Numbered from the stretch's first letter, positions 48,459 to 59,044 are shown. The stretch: 64,000 bases of DNA from Thermotogota bacterium (GCA_051748045.1 JBNJGY010000001.1:1-64000), one strand, 5' to 3'. The notes: generated by a model not told the origin, from the letters alone. Numbers and translations are program-made.

Positions 48459-49334
48459 ATGTCTAAAAAATCTTATTTAATGTATGTTTTTACTGTTTTA
48501 ATTTCTTTTTCTATATTAGGAATATTTTTACTACCAAAAGCTTTTTCTGGTGATTTATATGTATCTCCTATAATGATAACTATAGGTTCCTTGGAAATAA
48601 GATGGTATGGGTTTTTAATAGCATTATCAATACTGATAGTAACTTTAATCGCAGAGAAAAGAGCTAAAAAAGAAGATGTTTCTCAAGATGATTTTTATTC
48701 AGCAGTAATTTTTGGAATAATTTTAGGGGTTATAGGAGCAAGGTTATATTATGTTGCTTTTAATCTTGATTATTTTTCTAATAATCCTTTAGAAATAATA
48801 ATGATAAATCATGGAGGAATGGCTATACATGGAGGTATTTTAGGAGCTATTTTATCTATTTACATATACACTAAATTTAGAAAAAAATCATCTCTTAATT
48901 TTCTGCAAGCATTAGATATTTTAACTTTTGTTTTACCTTTAGCTCAATCTATTGGTAGATGGGGTAATTTTTTCAACCATGAAGCATATGGTTCTCCAAC
49001 TGATTTACCTTGGAAAATGTTTGTCGCTTTTCAGCATAGAATGCCAGGATATGAAAATTATGAGTTTTTTCATCCTACTTTTTTATATGAATCATTAGGT
49101 AATTCATTGATTTTCTTATTTTTGCTTTATTATATAAATTTCAAAAGAAAAATAAAAGGGGAAATAACAGCTTTGTATTTAATGTTATATTCAATTTTAA
49201 GGGGTTTTGTAGAAATCCTGAGAACAGATAGCCTTTATTTTCTCGGACTTAAAACTAATGTTTTGATAAGTGTGATTTTATTTTTTGTCGGATTATTTAT
49301 GATGATTTATTTGAAAAGGAGAAATAATGAATAA
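48459..49334 (+). CDS. lgt: Prolipoprotein diacylglyceryl transferase
   Basis: IRWYG, GARLYY, GGMAIHGG, GRWGNFFNHE and HPTFLYES. Confidence 0.95.
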   Translation: MSKKSYLMYVFTVLISFSILGIFLLPKAFSGDLYVSPIMITIGSLEIRWYGFLIALSILIVTLIAEKRAKKEDVSQDDFYSAVIFGIILGVIGARLYYVAFNLDYFSNNPLEIIMINHGGMAIHGGILGAILSIYIYTKFRKKSSLNFLQALDILTFVLPLAQSIGRWGNFFNHEAYGSPTDLPWKMFVAFQHRMPGYENYEFFHPTFLYESLGNSLIFLFLLYYINFKRKIKGEITALYLMLYSILRGFVEILRTDSLYFLGLKTNVLISVILFFVGLFMMIYLKRRNNE

Positions 49335-50148
49335 AAAGATAGTTATCTTAATAAATGTTATAGTACTATTATTTATCTTTTTACCGATTAATGTGGTAAT
49401 TGAAGATGAAAATAATAATATAAACATATTTTCTACAGGTTTCAATATTTTATTTTATAAATCTAATTCTGATAGTGATTTTGTTGAGAAAAGATTTTTA
49501 TTTTATAATAAAATTAGTTATTCTGAATATCTAATTTTAAATTATTCTAATTTCTCTTTCAGATTTACTTTTTCAGATAATAAAATTCAAGATCAATTTA
49601 ACAAAGAACAAGCTTATTTCTTTATAGATGATCAATATAAATTATACAATACTAATAAACTTTATTATTCTGATGAATGGTTAAAACATCCATTAACCAA
49701 TTCTGTGAAATTTATAGAAAAATATCTTGAGAATTTTATTTTTGAACAAAAATATTTTTTATTTTCTGAATATTTTCGTTCTTTTCATGTAAAACCAAAT
49801 ATTTTCTTTATTAACAACAAAAAAGATTTTGTACATGAAATCACTCACTCTTTAATTGACGATTCTACAGATCATGAAAGGGTTGATATATGGCCAGAAA
49901 TTTTATGTGAAGCTAATTCTTTACTTTATTTAAAAGAAACTAATAAATTAAAATATGAGAATGAAATTGAACTAAAACAATTAAATTATTATATGTATCC
50001 TTATGGAATAGAAGTATTATCTTTTGTAAAAAAATTTAACTTTAATTCCAAAGAAATTTTTGAATTTGAGAATTATATTTTGAAAAATTATAAAAAATTA
50101 AATGATGAACAATTTTTTAATTTAATAGAATCTTATAAGGGGGAATAA
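49327..50148 (+). CDS. Hypothetical exported protein with HExxH motif
   Basis: N-terminal hydrophobic segment; VHEITH with downstream Glu residues. Confidence 0.6.
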   Translation: MNKKIVILINVIVLLFIFLPINVVIEDENNNINIFSTGFNILFYKSNSDSDFVEKRFLFYNKISYSEYLILNYSNFSFRFTFSDNKIQDQFNKEQAYFFIDDQYKLYNTNKLYYSDEWLKHPLTNSVKFIEKYLENFIFEQKYFLFSEYFRSFHVKPNIFFINNKKDFVHEITHSLIDDSTDHERVDIWPEILCEANSLLYLKETNKLKYENEIELKQLNYYMYPYGIEVLSFVKKFNFNSKEIFEFENYILKNYKKLNDEQFFNLIESYKGE

Positions 50149-50835
50149 ATGATGATTATCAAATTTTTAGGTCATTCTTGTTTTAAAATTGAAGCAGAAT
50201 ATAACTTTATTATTGATCCTTTCTTAGAGTCCAACCCTATTGCAAAATATAAAGAAGATGAATTAAAAAACTTAGATTATATTTTAGTAACCCATGGGCA
50301 CGGAGATCATTTAGGAGATACTTTAAATATTTCAAAAAAATACGGAGCTACGGTTGTTAGTAATTTTGAAATAATAAATTACTTAATAATGAAAGGTTTA
50401 GAAAAAGGCCATCCTATGCATGTTGGCGGTAGAACTTCTTTTGATTTTGGTAAACTAAAAATGACAAATGCAATTCATGGATCTGGAATAATAGAAGATA
50501 ACACCATCATAGATGGAGGTAACCCAGGTGGCTTTATAATATACACTGAAGGAAAAAGGATTTATCACGCTGGAGATACTGGTTTGACTAAAGATATGGA
50601 GCTTCTAAAAAGAGAAAATATAGATGTTGCTATGATCCCTATTGGTGGAAATTTTGTAATGGACGTTGAAGATGCAATTTTAGCAGTTAAAATGATTCAA
50701 CCTAAGATAGTGATTCCTATGCATTACAATACTTGGGACATAATAAAAGCAGATGTAAATTCATTTAAAACAAAAGTTAAATCATTAAAAATAGAATGTG
50801 AAGTAATGAATCCAGGGGATTCTTTGGATATTTAA
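50149..50835 (+). CDS. UPF0173 metal-dependent hydrolase (MBL fold)
   Basis: GHSCF, THGHGDH, YHAGDT and PMHYNT. Confidence 0.9.
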   Translation: MMIIKFLGHSCFKIEAEYNFIIDPFLESNPIAKYKEDELKNLDYILVTHGHGDHLGDTLNISKKYGATVVSNFEIINYLIMKGLEKGHPMHVGGRTSFDFGKLKMTNAIHGSGIIEDNTIIDGGNPGGFIIYTEGKRIYHAGDTGLTKDMELLKRENIDVAMIPIGGNFVMDVEDAILAVKMIQPKIVIPMHYNTWDIIKADVNSFKTKVKSLKIECEVMNPGDSLDI

Positions 50836-50852
50836 AACTGGAGTTGATAAAA

Positions 50853-52052
50853 ATGAAAAAATTTTTAATTTTTATTTTATTATTGTTTTCAATCAGTATT
50901 TTTTCTTCTAAATATATTTTCTTTTTTCTTGGAGACGGAATGGGATTAAATCACTTGAAGCTAGCAAATGAATATTCAATAAATCAATATGGAAAAGATT
51001 TGAATTATTTAAAATTAGACAATTTTTCATTATTGGATACTCAATCACTAAGTGGTGTTACTGATTCATCAGCAGCTATTACAGCTATTATGAGCTTAGA
51101 AAAAACTCATAATGATAAAATTAATATAGATAAAAATGGGAATAAACTTAATCCAATTTCATATTATTTTAAAGACATTGGCTATAATATTGCTGTTATA
51201 ACCTCAAATTCAATTGTTGATGCATCTCCTGCAGGAATATACGCCAAAAGTAATAGTAGACAACAATATTCTTCTTTAGCTAATCAACTTTTAGATAGCC
51301 AATTTGACTTATTTATTGGTGGAGGTAGAGCATTTTTATCTGAAGAAGATATTGAAAAAAAAGGATATGATTATAAAACGAAAATTGACATCGCTTCTAT
51401 TTCGGAAAAACCAGAAGTAATTTTAACAGCATATTCTAATAATAAATTGATTAAAGATTCTGGAAATAACTCTTTCTATAAAGATACAGTTGATTATGGA
51501 ATTCAAAAATTTAACGGTGGAAATTTTTTTATTTTTATCGAAGGAGGCAGAATAGATCATGCATCTCATGCGCATGATAGCCTTTCTGTAATTAAAGAGA
51601 CTATTGCTTTTGATGAAAGTTTAGAGCCTGCTTTGAATTTCTATGAACAAAATCCAGAAGAAACTATCATTTTATTTTTAGCAGATCATGAAACTGGAGG
51701 CTTATCTCTTGGAGATGGTTTTATAAACATTAATAACCTTAACTCACAAAAATATTCATATGAATATTTAATAAATATAATAAATAAAAGCGATAATTAT
51801 GAAGATTTTATTAAAAAAACTAACTTATCTTTTTTAACTGAAACTGACTATAACTCTTCCAAGAAAGAAAATAACGTTTCTTATTTTGATGATATAATTC
51901 AAAATTATTTCCGAAAATATAATAATGCCTCAGGTATTAAATGGTCTTCATTTGGTCATACTATTAATAATGTACCTTTGTTTAGCAACGGTATAGATTA
52001 TGATAACTATTTAAAACTAAAAGATATTTTTTGGAAAATAATAAAAAAATGA
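50853..52052 (+). CDS. Alkaline phosphatase family protein
   Basis: Signal peptide; GDGMG, TDSSAA, EGGRIDHASH and ADHETGG. Confidence 0.88.
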   Translation: MKKFLIFILLLFSISIFSSKYIFFFLGDGMGLNHLKLANEYSINQYGKDLNYLKLDNFSLLDTQSLSGVTDSSAAITAIMSLEKTHNDKINIDKNGNKLNPISYYFKDIGYNIAVITSNSIVDASPAGIYAKSNSRQQYSSLANQLLDSQFDLFIGGGRAFLSEEDIEKKGYDYKTKIDIASISEKPEVILTAYSNNKLIKDSGNNSFYKDTVDYGIQKFNGGNFFIFIEGGRIDHASHAHDSLSVIKETIAFDESLEPALNFYEQNPEETIILFLADHETGGLSLGDGFININNLNSQKYSYEYLINIINKSDNYEDFIKKTNLSFLTETDYNSSKKENNVSYFDDIIQNYFRKYNNASGIKWSSFGHTINNVPLFSNGIDYDNYLKLKDIFWKIIKK

Positions 52053-52153
52053 TATCTTTTTCATATTTTTAATAAACATGAAATTTTTTTCATTAAACGG
52101 GCATAAGTATTGTTTGTTACTTTAAATCAATCACAAACAAAGCTAACGGTATT

Positions 52154-52181
52154 TTGCATCTAAATATCTATAGTATATAAT
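52154..52181 (+). promoter_or_regulatory. Sigma70 promoter for candidate sRNA
   Basis: TTGCAT-16 bp-TATAAT. Confidence 0.65.
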
Positions 52182-52187
52182 TTTATT

Positions 52188-52296
52188 GCAGAACACATGG
52201 AAGGTTACCCTCCCTCCTTAAGTGTTTCTGTCCCCGGAAAATTTTTAGTGAATTATTTTTATTCACTTAATTAAAGGCCTTTTTAGGCCTTTTTTT
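52188..52296 (+). ncRNA. Candidate ~110-nt small RNA with anti-SD tract
   Basis: Own promoter, three hairpins, CCCUCCCUCCUU tract and intrinsic terminator aaaggcct-tttt-aggcct plus T-tract. Confidence 0.55.
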
Positions 52297-52360
52297 ATTG
52301 TTTTTTTAGGCAAAATATGATAATATATAAAGGTGTTAAATGACTTTAGGAGGGATTATT

Positions 52361-54970
52361 TTGAAAGCAAAAAAGTTTCCTGGTGATATACTATATTTAT
52401 TTTTAATTTTCTTACTATTACCGTTTGTAATGATACCAAATTGGGTTTATGAATATTCTACACAAAAACATTTAGTTTTCTCTTTTTTAATTACTGGATT
52501 GATGTTTTTTTATTTGTTTAAAAAAGATTATTTAAAAAATTTATCTCTAAAAATACCTCATATTATTTTTGCTCTTTTTGGAGGTACTGTATTTTTATCA
52601 TTAATTTCAGTACAAATAGAAAACCCATATTATCTGAGGTTTTCATTAGAAGTAGCTTTATATACTGTGATTTTGATATTCTTTTCAATTTTAATTAGTA
52701 ATAGATTTGGAAAAGATTTTAGTTTCATAGAAAATGGATTTTTAATCTTTCTAATTACTGGTACTATCATCGCTTTTGATGGTTTGTTGAATAAGTTTTT
52801 AGGTTTCGATCTTTTTTTTGGAAACATTGGTGATCCCTCAGCAAGGATAACTTTAAGAACAACTATAGGAAACCCAAATTTTGTTTCAGATTATTTAGCA
52901 CAAATAATACCAGTCTCAATATATTTTATAATTAAGCCAAAAAATTCTCTTTTTATAAAAATTTACTCTTATATAACTTTATTCATGAGCATATGGGTTG
53001 TTCTTTTTGCTCAGACTCGTTCTGTTTATTTAGGTACTGTTGTAGGAATGGTTTTTGCTTTAGTAGCCTTTTTAATAGCTAAAAAAGATAAAAAAGAACT
53101 AATTTATTTTAAATCAAAGCAATTTATAACATGGTTGCTTTTAATTATTTTCGCTTTTTTATTTTTATTTATGATGTTTAATTTTGATACTCCATTCAAT
53201 AAAGGGGGAGAAGTCGTAGCTACTGATAGATTTGCAGCAATGAACTCTATTTCTTCATGGGATGAAAGATCTTTATCTTGGAATTCTGCAATAAAACAAT
53301 TCGCAGATCCAGATCATCCAAATCATAAATTTATCGGTTCAGGTATAGGGACTTATCCTTTATATGCAATAGAATATATGGCTGAATTACAACATTCAGA
53401 ACCACAAAGGTATTTATACGCATGGAATAATTTTAAAAGAGCACATAATGATTATTTACAGGTTTTAGGAGAAATGGGTATATTAGGTTTTATAACTATT
53501 TCTTTATTAATAATATATTTACTTTATTATTTCTTTAAAACTTTAAGGTCTAAATTACCTCTTGAAAAACTAATTCTCTTTGTTCTTTTAGGTTGGAGTG
53601 TCACTGTAACTGCTGCTCATGCAGGAACAGAATTTGCATTACATATGCACCCTAATCTTTTAATAGCATTATTTATTTTATCAGTTGCCGTATCAGATCA
53701 ATTCAATTCAAAAACAAAAAAATTAAAAATAAAATTTAATCTAAATTATCTTTTAATACCACTTATTATAATTGGAGTAATCACTACTTTCTTAAAAGTG
53801 CAAAGTACTATGTCAGAAGCTTACTTTAAAAAAGCTCAATATCAGTATTCGAAATTTAATGAAATTGATAATGCTTTAAAGAATCAATTCCCTAATATCA
53901 TTGGTAATCTAGAAAATCAATATAACCAATATAAAAACCAGTTAAATAATTATGCACCTGGTTCTAGAGAATTCAATCAAATAACTAACACTTTAAAAGA
54001 AATAGAACAAAAAGTAAAAGAAATAGAACAAGCTCATACTGAATACACTAATGAAGTTAATGATGCTTTTAATAAATCTTTTGACTTATTTTTAAAATCT
54101 TTAGATTCAAATCATACATTCGGTAAATCCATGTTTTATTTAGCTCAATTATTTGTAGAAACACCTTATAGATATAATCAAATAAGTTATGAAGATTTAC
54201 CAGAAATATTCAATTTAAGTAGAGAAGAGTATAGACATGTTGTAGATAATTATGAAGGAAGTTTAGATTTAATGCCTTTTGAAAATAAGGAATTGAGAGA
54301 AAATCTAAGCTCTATTTATGACATAAATATTGAAAGCAATTCTACAAGATCTAAAATTATGCTTATACAAGGAATTTTAGATGAAATATCTTATTTGAAG
54401 ACTTCTTTTATTTACTTTACAGAGAAAAATTCTTATAAATTAATAGCCAAATTGTATTATAATGTTGTGATTCAACTTGAAAAAATGAAAGAGGAATTAC
54501 CAAATAAAACAACTGAGATCAATAATTTGATTAATAAATATTATAATTCTTTTGACCACTGGAATAGAGAAACCGTTAAAGTGCTTCCAGGGGGTTGGAA
54601 TAGATTTCCTGAATGGGAAAACACCTATTCAGAAATCATAGGTATGAATATCAATTTGTTAAAATATTTTGATAATCAAAAAATAATGAACAATATATTT
54701 TATTTTATTGAGCAAGATGGTTGGGCAAATTTTCATATGGCAAATTTAAACAGAGGTATCCCAGATGAATCTTTATCTACTTTACAAGAATTATACTTTA
54801 ACTTAGAAAACACCCAAGTCAAAAAAGATTTAGTAAAACATATAGTCACTTCTTATGAAGATGTTTATGAATACTACAAAAATCTAGATAAAAATTCCAA
54901 TATATATATTAGATATGAAAAAAGAATAAAAGAATTCTTAGACAGTTATAGATATTTCCAAAGAAGATAA
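52361..54970 (+). CDS. O-antigen ligase / O-oligosaccharyltransferase-like (Wzy_C) membrane protein with large soluble C-terminus
   Basis: About 12 TM helices; TIGNPN, QTRS, GSGIG and RAHNDYLQVLGEMG motifs; AGGAGG RBS before TTG 52361. Confidence 0.8.
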   Translation: MKAKKFPGDILYLFLIFLLLPFVMIPNWVYEYSTQKHLVFSFLITGLMFFYLFKKDYLKNLSLKIPHIIFALFGGTVFLSLISVQIENPYYLRFSLEVALYTVILIFFSILISNRFGKDFSFIENGFLIFLITGTIIAFDGLLNKFLGFDLFFGNIGDPSARITLRTTIGNPNFVSDYLAQIIPVSIYFIIKPKNSLFIKIYSYITLFMSIWVVLFAQTRSVYLGTVVGMVFALVAFLIAKKDKKELIYFKSKQFITWLLLIIFAFLFLFMMFNFDTPFNKGGEVVATDRFAAMNSISSWDERSLSWNSAIKQFADPDHPNHKFIGSGIGTYPLYAIEYMAELQHSEPQRYLYAWNNFKRAHNDYLQVLGEMGILGFITISLLIIYLLYYFFKTLRSKLPLEKLILFVLLGWSVTVTAAHAGTEFALHMHPNLLIALFILSVAVSDQFNSKTKKLKIKFNLNYLLIPLIIIGVITTFLKVQSTMSEAYFKKAQYQYSKFNEIDNALKNQFPNIIGNLENQYNQYKNQLNNYAPGSREFNQITNTLKEIEQKVKEIEQAHTEYTNEVNDAFNKSFDLFLKSLDSNHTFGKSMFYLAQLFVETPYRYNQISYEDLPEIFNLSREEYRHVVDNYEGSLDLMPFENKELRENLSSIYDINIESNSTRSKIMLIQGILDEISYLKTSFIYFTEKNSYKLIAKLYYNVVIQLEKMKEELPNKTTEINNLINKYYNSFDHWNRETVKVLPGGWNRFPEWENTYSEIIGMNINLLKYFDNQKIMNNIFYFIEQDGWANFHMANLNRGIPDESLSTLQELYFNLENTQVKKDLVKHIVTSYEDVYEYYKNLDKNSNIYIRYEKRIKEFLDSYRYFQRR

Positions 54971-54972
54971 CT

Positions 54973-55212
54973 ATGTACAAAATTATAGTATTTTTAATGG
55001 CTATTGTAATATCTTTGTTTTTAATTACTTTTACAATTTATAAAAATATTAAGATATGGCAAGACGATTCTGATCTTCTTGATTTTTATGTTGAATACAA
55101 TAGTATTTCCAAAATATTACCTTATATTGAGTCTGAGGAACTTAATGGTATAATAGACTTGAATGGTTTTAAAATATACAAAATAAACAATATCATAAAA
55201 ATAGAAAAATAA
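54973..55212 (+). CDS. Small hypothetical membrane protein
   Basis: One N-terminal TM helix; tightly packed in the operon. Confidence 0.55.
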   Translation: MYKIIVFLMAIVISLFLITFTIYKNIKIWQDDSDLLDFYVEYNSISKILPYIESEELNGIIDLNGFKIYKINNIIKIEK

Positions 55213-55222
55213 TAAAGGGGGT

Positions 55223-56116
55223 ATGAATCGAGTGAATAAAACGAAAATAATTGCTGATACTGGTTGTTCTCTTACTGAAGACTTGATTAATGAATTTGAT
55301 CTTGATGTTATGGGTATGAAAATTGTTTTAGATGGGAAAAATTATACTGATCATGAAGATATAACTCGAGAAGAATTTTATAATAAAATAGAAAATATTA
55401 ATGATTTTTATACATCACAACCTTCAATTGGAGAGATACAAAAACATTATGAGAAGATTTTTGAAGAAGGTTATGAAGAAATAATTGATATTCACTTTTC
55501 ATCAAAGATGTCTGGACTAATAAACTCTTGTAGAATGGTTAAAAATTCTATGAATAAAGAAAATATAAAGATCATAGACACAGAAAATATTTCTATTGGT
55601 TCTTATATGATTTTAAAAAGAATATTAGAGTTGTTGAATTCTGGAAAAACTATTGAAGAAATAGAAAATGTACTTCAAAAAATCAAAGATTCAGCTTTTA
55701 TACAATTCAGTGTTCCTACACTAAAATATTTAGTTAAAAATGGTAGAGTTGGTAAAGCCGAAGGTTTAGCAGGTACTTTGCTCAATATAAAACCTATTCT
55801 TGGGGTTGATGAAGGTCAAATTTATCCAATTTCAAAAATAAGAGGTATGAAAAAGGTTTATTCAACAATGGCAAAAAACGCAGTTGATTTTCTTAATGAT
55901 AAACCTAATAATGTGAAAATATATAAAACCTATGGGTTGAATCATAATAAAGAACAAATGAATATGATGTTCGATATTTTTATGAGAGAGTTTAAAAATT
56001 TAGGTATAGATAATTATGAAGTGATTGAAGATCAATTACCTCCTACAATCATATGTCATAGTGGCCCAGAAGTAATAGGTCTATCAGTTTATGGGGAAAA
56101 AGAAGAGATAAAATGA
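55223..56116 (+). CDS. DegV-family fatty acid-binding protein
   Basis: IIADTG, TSQPS, SSKMSG, LVKNGRV, LNIKPIL and HSGP. Confidence 0.92.
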   Translation: MNRVNKTKIIADTGCSLTEDLINEFDLDVMGMKIVLDGKNYTDHEDITREEFYNKIENINDFYTSQPSIGEIQKHYEKIFEEGYEEIIDIHFSSKMSGLINSCRMVKNSMNKENIKIIDTENISIGSYMILKRILELLNSGKTIEEIENVLQKIKDSAFIQFSVPTLKYLVKNGRVGKAEGLAGTLLNIKPILGVDEGQIYPISKIRGMKKVYSTMAKNAVDFLNDKPNNVKIYKTYGLNHNKEQMNMMFDIFMREFKNLGIDNYEVIEDQLPPTIICHSGPEVIGLSVYGEKEEIK

Positions 56117-58455
56117 ATCTTGACTTAGAATCTTATATTAAACAAATTGAAACTATAATTAAACAAAAAGAGAAAAATATTAAAAACTGGGATGACTTTT
56201 ATCCCAGTTTTCTTTCATTAAGTAAAAATAACTTAGACTTAATCAAAAAAAATAGCATGGAAGAAGATATAAAAAAATTACTATCTTTTATAAAACCTTT
56301 AGGTGTTTTAGACAATGAAAGAAGAATAAAAAGATTAAGTTCTTTTAAAAAAGCCTTAATAAAATTAAAGGAAAAGTATTTAATAGATGAATTTGACCTT
56401 TCTGAATCCAATTATTCTTTGTTTACAGACATTAAGTATGTTAAAACAGTTGGTAGTAAAAGGGCAAATTATTTGAATAAAATTAATATCTTTAATATTT
56501 ATGATGCTTTATATTACACTCCTAGAGATTATGAAGATAGAAGAAAATTAACAAAAATAATTTCATTAGAAGATTCTTATAAATATTTTGTTTTAGGAAA
56601 TATCGTGAATTTTCAAGAAAACAAAATTAATAAAGGGCTTACAATTTATAGTTATTCTGTTGAAGATGATACTGGAGTTATGGAAGTTGCTTTTTTTAAT
56701 CAAAATTATATCAAATCTTATTTAAAACCTGGATTAAAGGTAGCTTTTTATGGAAAAGTTGAAAATAATTTTGGAAAAAAACAAATGAAAGCCCCTGAGT
56801 TTCAAATTATAAATAACCTAGATGAAATTGAAGCTGAAATTTTACCTGTTTATCCCTTAACTTATGGCTTATCTCAACAAAATCTAAGAAAAATAAATAA
56901 AAATATATTGCAACATGATATAGGTTACAAAGAATACTTACCTAATTCTTTTAAAAATAATTATAATATTTTGAATCTTAATAAGAGATTAAAAGGTATT
57001 CATTTCCCTAAATCTTTTTTTCATCAAAAAAGAGCTGAATCATCATTGAAATATGATGAAGCTTTTCTTTTTGAAACAGCTGTTCTTTCTTCTAAAAAAA
57101 ACTTTGAGGAAAATGTTAAAGGATATTCTAAAAAGTTCACTGGAGACATTTCAGACCAATTTAAAAATAATTTAGAGTTTACTCTAACAGATTCTCAGAA
57201 AAATTGTTATGAAGAAATTAAAAATGATATGAAGAAAAATAAGCCAATGAATAGGCTTCTTCAAGGTGATGTTGGTTCAGGTAAAACCATAGTTTCTGAA
57301 TTATCAATTATAGATAATTATGAATCTGGTTATCAATCATCAATTATGGTACCTACAAGTGTTTTAGCAAAACAACAATTCAAAAAAATTAAAACACATT
57401 TAGAACCACTTGGAATAACTGTTGAAATTTTACTAGGTGAAACAAAAGCAAAAGAAAAAGCAGTTATTAAAGAAAAACTCTCAAATGGAGATATTGATAT
57501 CATTATTGGTACTCATGCGATAATTCAAGAAGACGTTGAGTTTAGAAAACTCGGATTTGTAGTTATTGATGAACAACACAGATTCGGTGTAAATCAAAGA
57601 TTAAATTTAATTTCTAAAGGATTTTCTCCAGACATTTTAGTTATGACTGCTACCCCAATACCACGTACTCTTGCTCTCACTCTTTATGGAGACCTAGATG
57701 TAAGTACAATTAGAGAAATGCCAAAAGGAAGAAAATCTATTAAAACTGTATTAACAACTGATGGAAAAAGTAAAAAAATATATAAGTTCATTGAAAAAGA
57801 ATTATCAAAAAATAACCAAGCTTTTTTTATTTATCCACTAGTAGAAGAATCTGAAAAGGTTGATTTAAAAAATGCCACAGATATGTACGAAGGTTTAAAA
57901 TCCATTTTTTCTGATTATAATATAGGTCTATTACATGGTAAGATGAAACCTGAAGAAAAAACTGAAATAATGGACAAATTTGCTAACAAAGAATTCCATG
58001 TGCTCGTTTCAACTACAGTTGTAGAAGTTGGAGTGGATATTCCAGATGCCACTGTGATGGTTATAGAACACCCAGATAGATTTGGACTTTCTCAACTTCA
58101 CCAACTAAGAGGTAGAGTTGGCCGTTCTAAAAAACAAGCTTATTGTTTTTTAATTGTTAATGGTAATTTGAACCAAGAAACAAAAGACAGACTTCTTGAT
58201 TTTTCTAATACGCTAGATGGGTTCGAAGTTTCAAATATAGATTTAAAATGGAGGGGACCTGGAAAGTTTTTCGGGACTTTGCAACATGGTTTACCAGATT
58301 TTAAATTTTTAGATCTTATAAATGACCTTGAAATTATAGATAAGGTCAAATCTGATGTGGATGATTTATTGGAATCAAATTTGGATTTAGAACTAATAAA
58401 AAAAGAAATAAAAAGAAGATATAAAGATAATTTAGATCTTATTAAAGCATTTTGA
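56113..58455 (+). CDS. recG: ATP-dependent DNA helicase RecG
   Basis: RLLQGDVGSGKT, DEQHRFG, MTATPIPRTL and QLHQLRGRVGR. Confidence 0.96.
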   Translation: MNLDLESYIKQIETIIKQKEKNIKNWDDFYPSFLSLSKNNLDLIKKNSMEEDIKKLLSFIKPLGVLDNERRIKRLSSFKKALIKLKEKYLIDEFDLSESNYSLFTDIKYVKTVGSKRANYLNKINIFNIYDALYYTPRDYEDRRKLTKIISLEDSYKYFVLGNIVNFQENKINKGLTIYSYSVEDDTGVMEVAFFNQNYIKSYLKPGLKVAFYGKVENNFGKKQMKAPEFQIINNLDEIEAEILPVYPLTYGLSQQNLRKINKNILQHDIGYKEYLPNSFKNNYNILNLNKRLKGIHFPKSFFHQKRAESSLKYDEAFLFETAVLSSKKNFEENVKGYSKKFTGDISDQFKNNLEFTLTDSQKNCYEEIKNDMKKNKPMNRLLQGDVGSGKTIVSELSIIDNYESGYQSSIMVPTSVLAKQQFKKIKTHLEPLGITVEILLGETKAKEKAVIKEKLSNGDIDIIIGTHAIIQEDVEFRKLGFVVIDEQHRFGVNQRLNLISKGFSPDILVMTATPIPRTLALTLYGDLDVSTIREMPKGRKSIKTVLTTDGKSKKIYKFIEKELSKNNQAFFIYPLVEESEKVDLKNATDMYEGLKSIFSDYNIGLLHGKMKPEEKTEIMDKFANKEFHVLVSTTVVEVGVDIPDATVMVIEHPDRFGLSQLHQLRGRVGRSKKQAYCFLIVNGNLNQETKDRLLDFSNTLDGFEVSNIDLKWRGPGKFFGTLQHGLPDFKFLDLINDLEIIDKVKSDVDDLLESNLDLELIKKEIKRRYKDNLDLIKAF

Positions 58456-58464
58456 GGTGGTATT

Positions 58465-59019
58465 ATGTCTTTGAAGATAGAAACAGGGACAATGAAAGGA
58501 TTGAATTTTGATACTGTAAAAAGTAGTAAAACTAGGTATACTCCTGGTCAATTGAGAAGAACTCTAACTAATATTTTTGACTTTAATGGAGCAAATATGC
58601 TAGAAATTTTTTCTGGTAGTGGCGCGGTAAGTTTTGAATTTATAAGCAATGGGCTTAAAAATTCTTATCTCATAGATGTGAATGGTAAATCAATTTCTGT
58701 AATTAAAAAAAATGCTAAAAAATTAAAAATTGAAGATAAAATTAATCCTATAAAAGGGGATTTTAGAACTGTTATTCCATCATTAATTGAAAATGACTTA
58801 AGTTTTAATTATATTTTCGCCGATCCTCCTTTTAACTTAGGTTTTTGTGATGAATTGATAAGATTTATGGACACTAACAATGGAATACTCAAAGATGGTG
58901 GATATTTTATATTGGAAAGATCTAAACATGAAAAGTATAATATTGACAATTTAAAAGTTTTGAAGTTAGATGAATCAAGAAATTATGGAGATATTGATAT
59001 TGATATATATTATAAATAA
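58465..59019 (+). CDS. rsmD: 16S rRNA m2G966 methyltransferase RsmD-like
   Basis: FSGSG and FADPPF motifs; follows recG. Confidence 0.85.
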   Translation: MSLKIETGTMKGLNFDTVKSSKTRYTPGQLRRTLTNIFDFNGANMLEIFSGSGAVSFEFISNGLKNSYLIDVNGKSISVIKKNAKKLKIEDKINPIKGDFRTVIPSLIENDLSFNYIFADPPFNLGFCDELIRFMDTNNGILKDGGYFILERSKHEKYNIDNLKVLKLDESRNYGDIDIDIYYK

Positions 59020-59043
59020 GCCAAGATAAAATCTTGGCTTATT
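59015..59043. terminator. Bidirectional terminator
   Basis: aataagccaagat-aaa-atcttggcttatt. Confidence 0.8.
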
Positions 59044-59044
59044 A

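Noticed and set aside
48284-48460. tRNA-Gly as an integration site for an island
   Set aside because: No integrase, no duplicated tRNA 3' end seen, and the flanking genes are housekeeping.
52160-52221. Minus-strand AAGGAGGGAGGG followed by a 12-codon ORF (MCSAIKLYTIDI)
   Set aside because: It is the complement of the anti-SD tract. The promoter and terminator both point to a plus-strand RNA, and I see no minus-strand promoter. Not fully excluded without ribosome profiling.
52188-52296. SRP RNA, 6S RNA or known riboswitch identity for the intergenic RNA
   Set aside because: It lacks the SRP helix-8 CAGG...GGAA...AGCAG signature, is too short for 6S, and shows no aptamer consensus I recognise.
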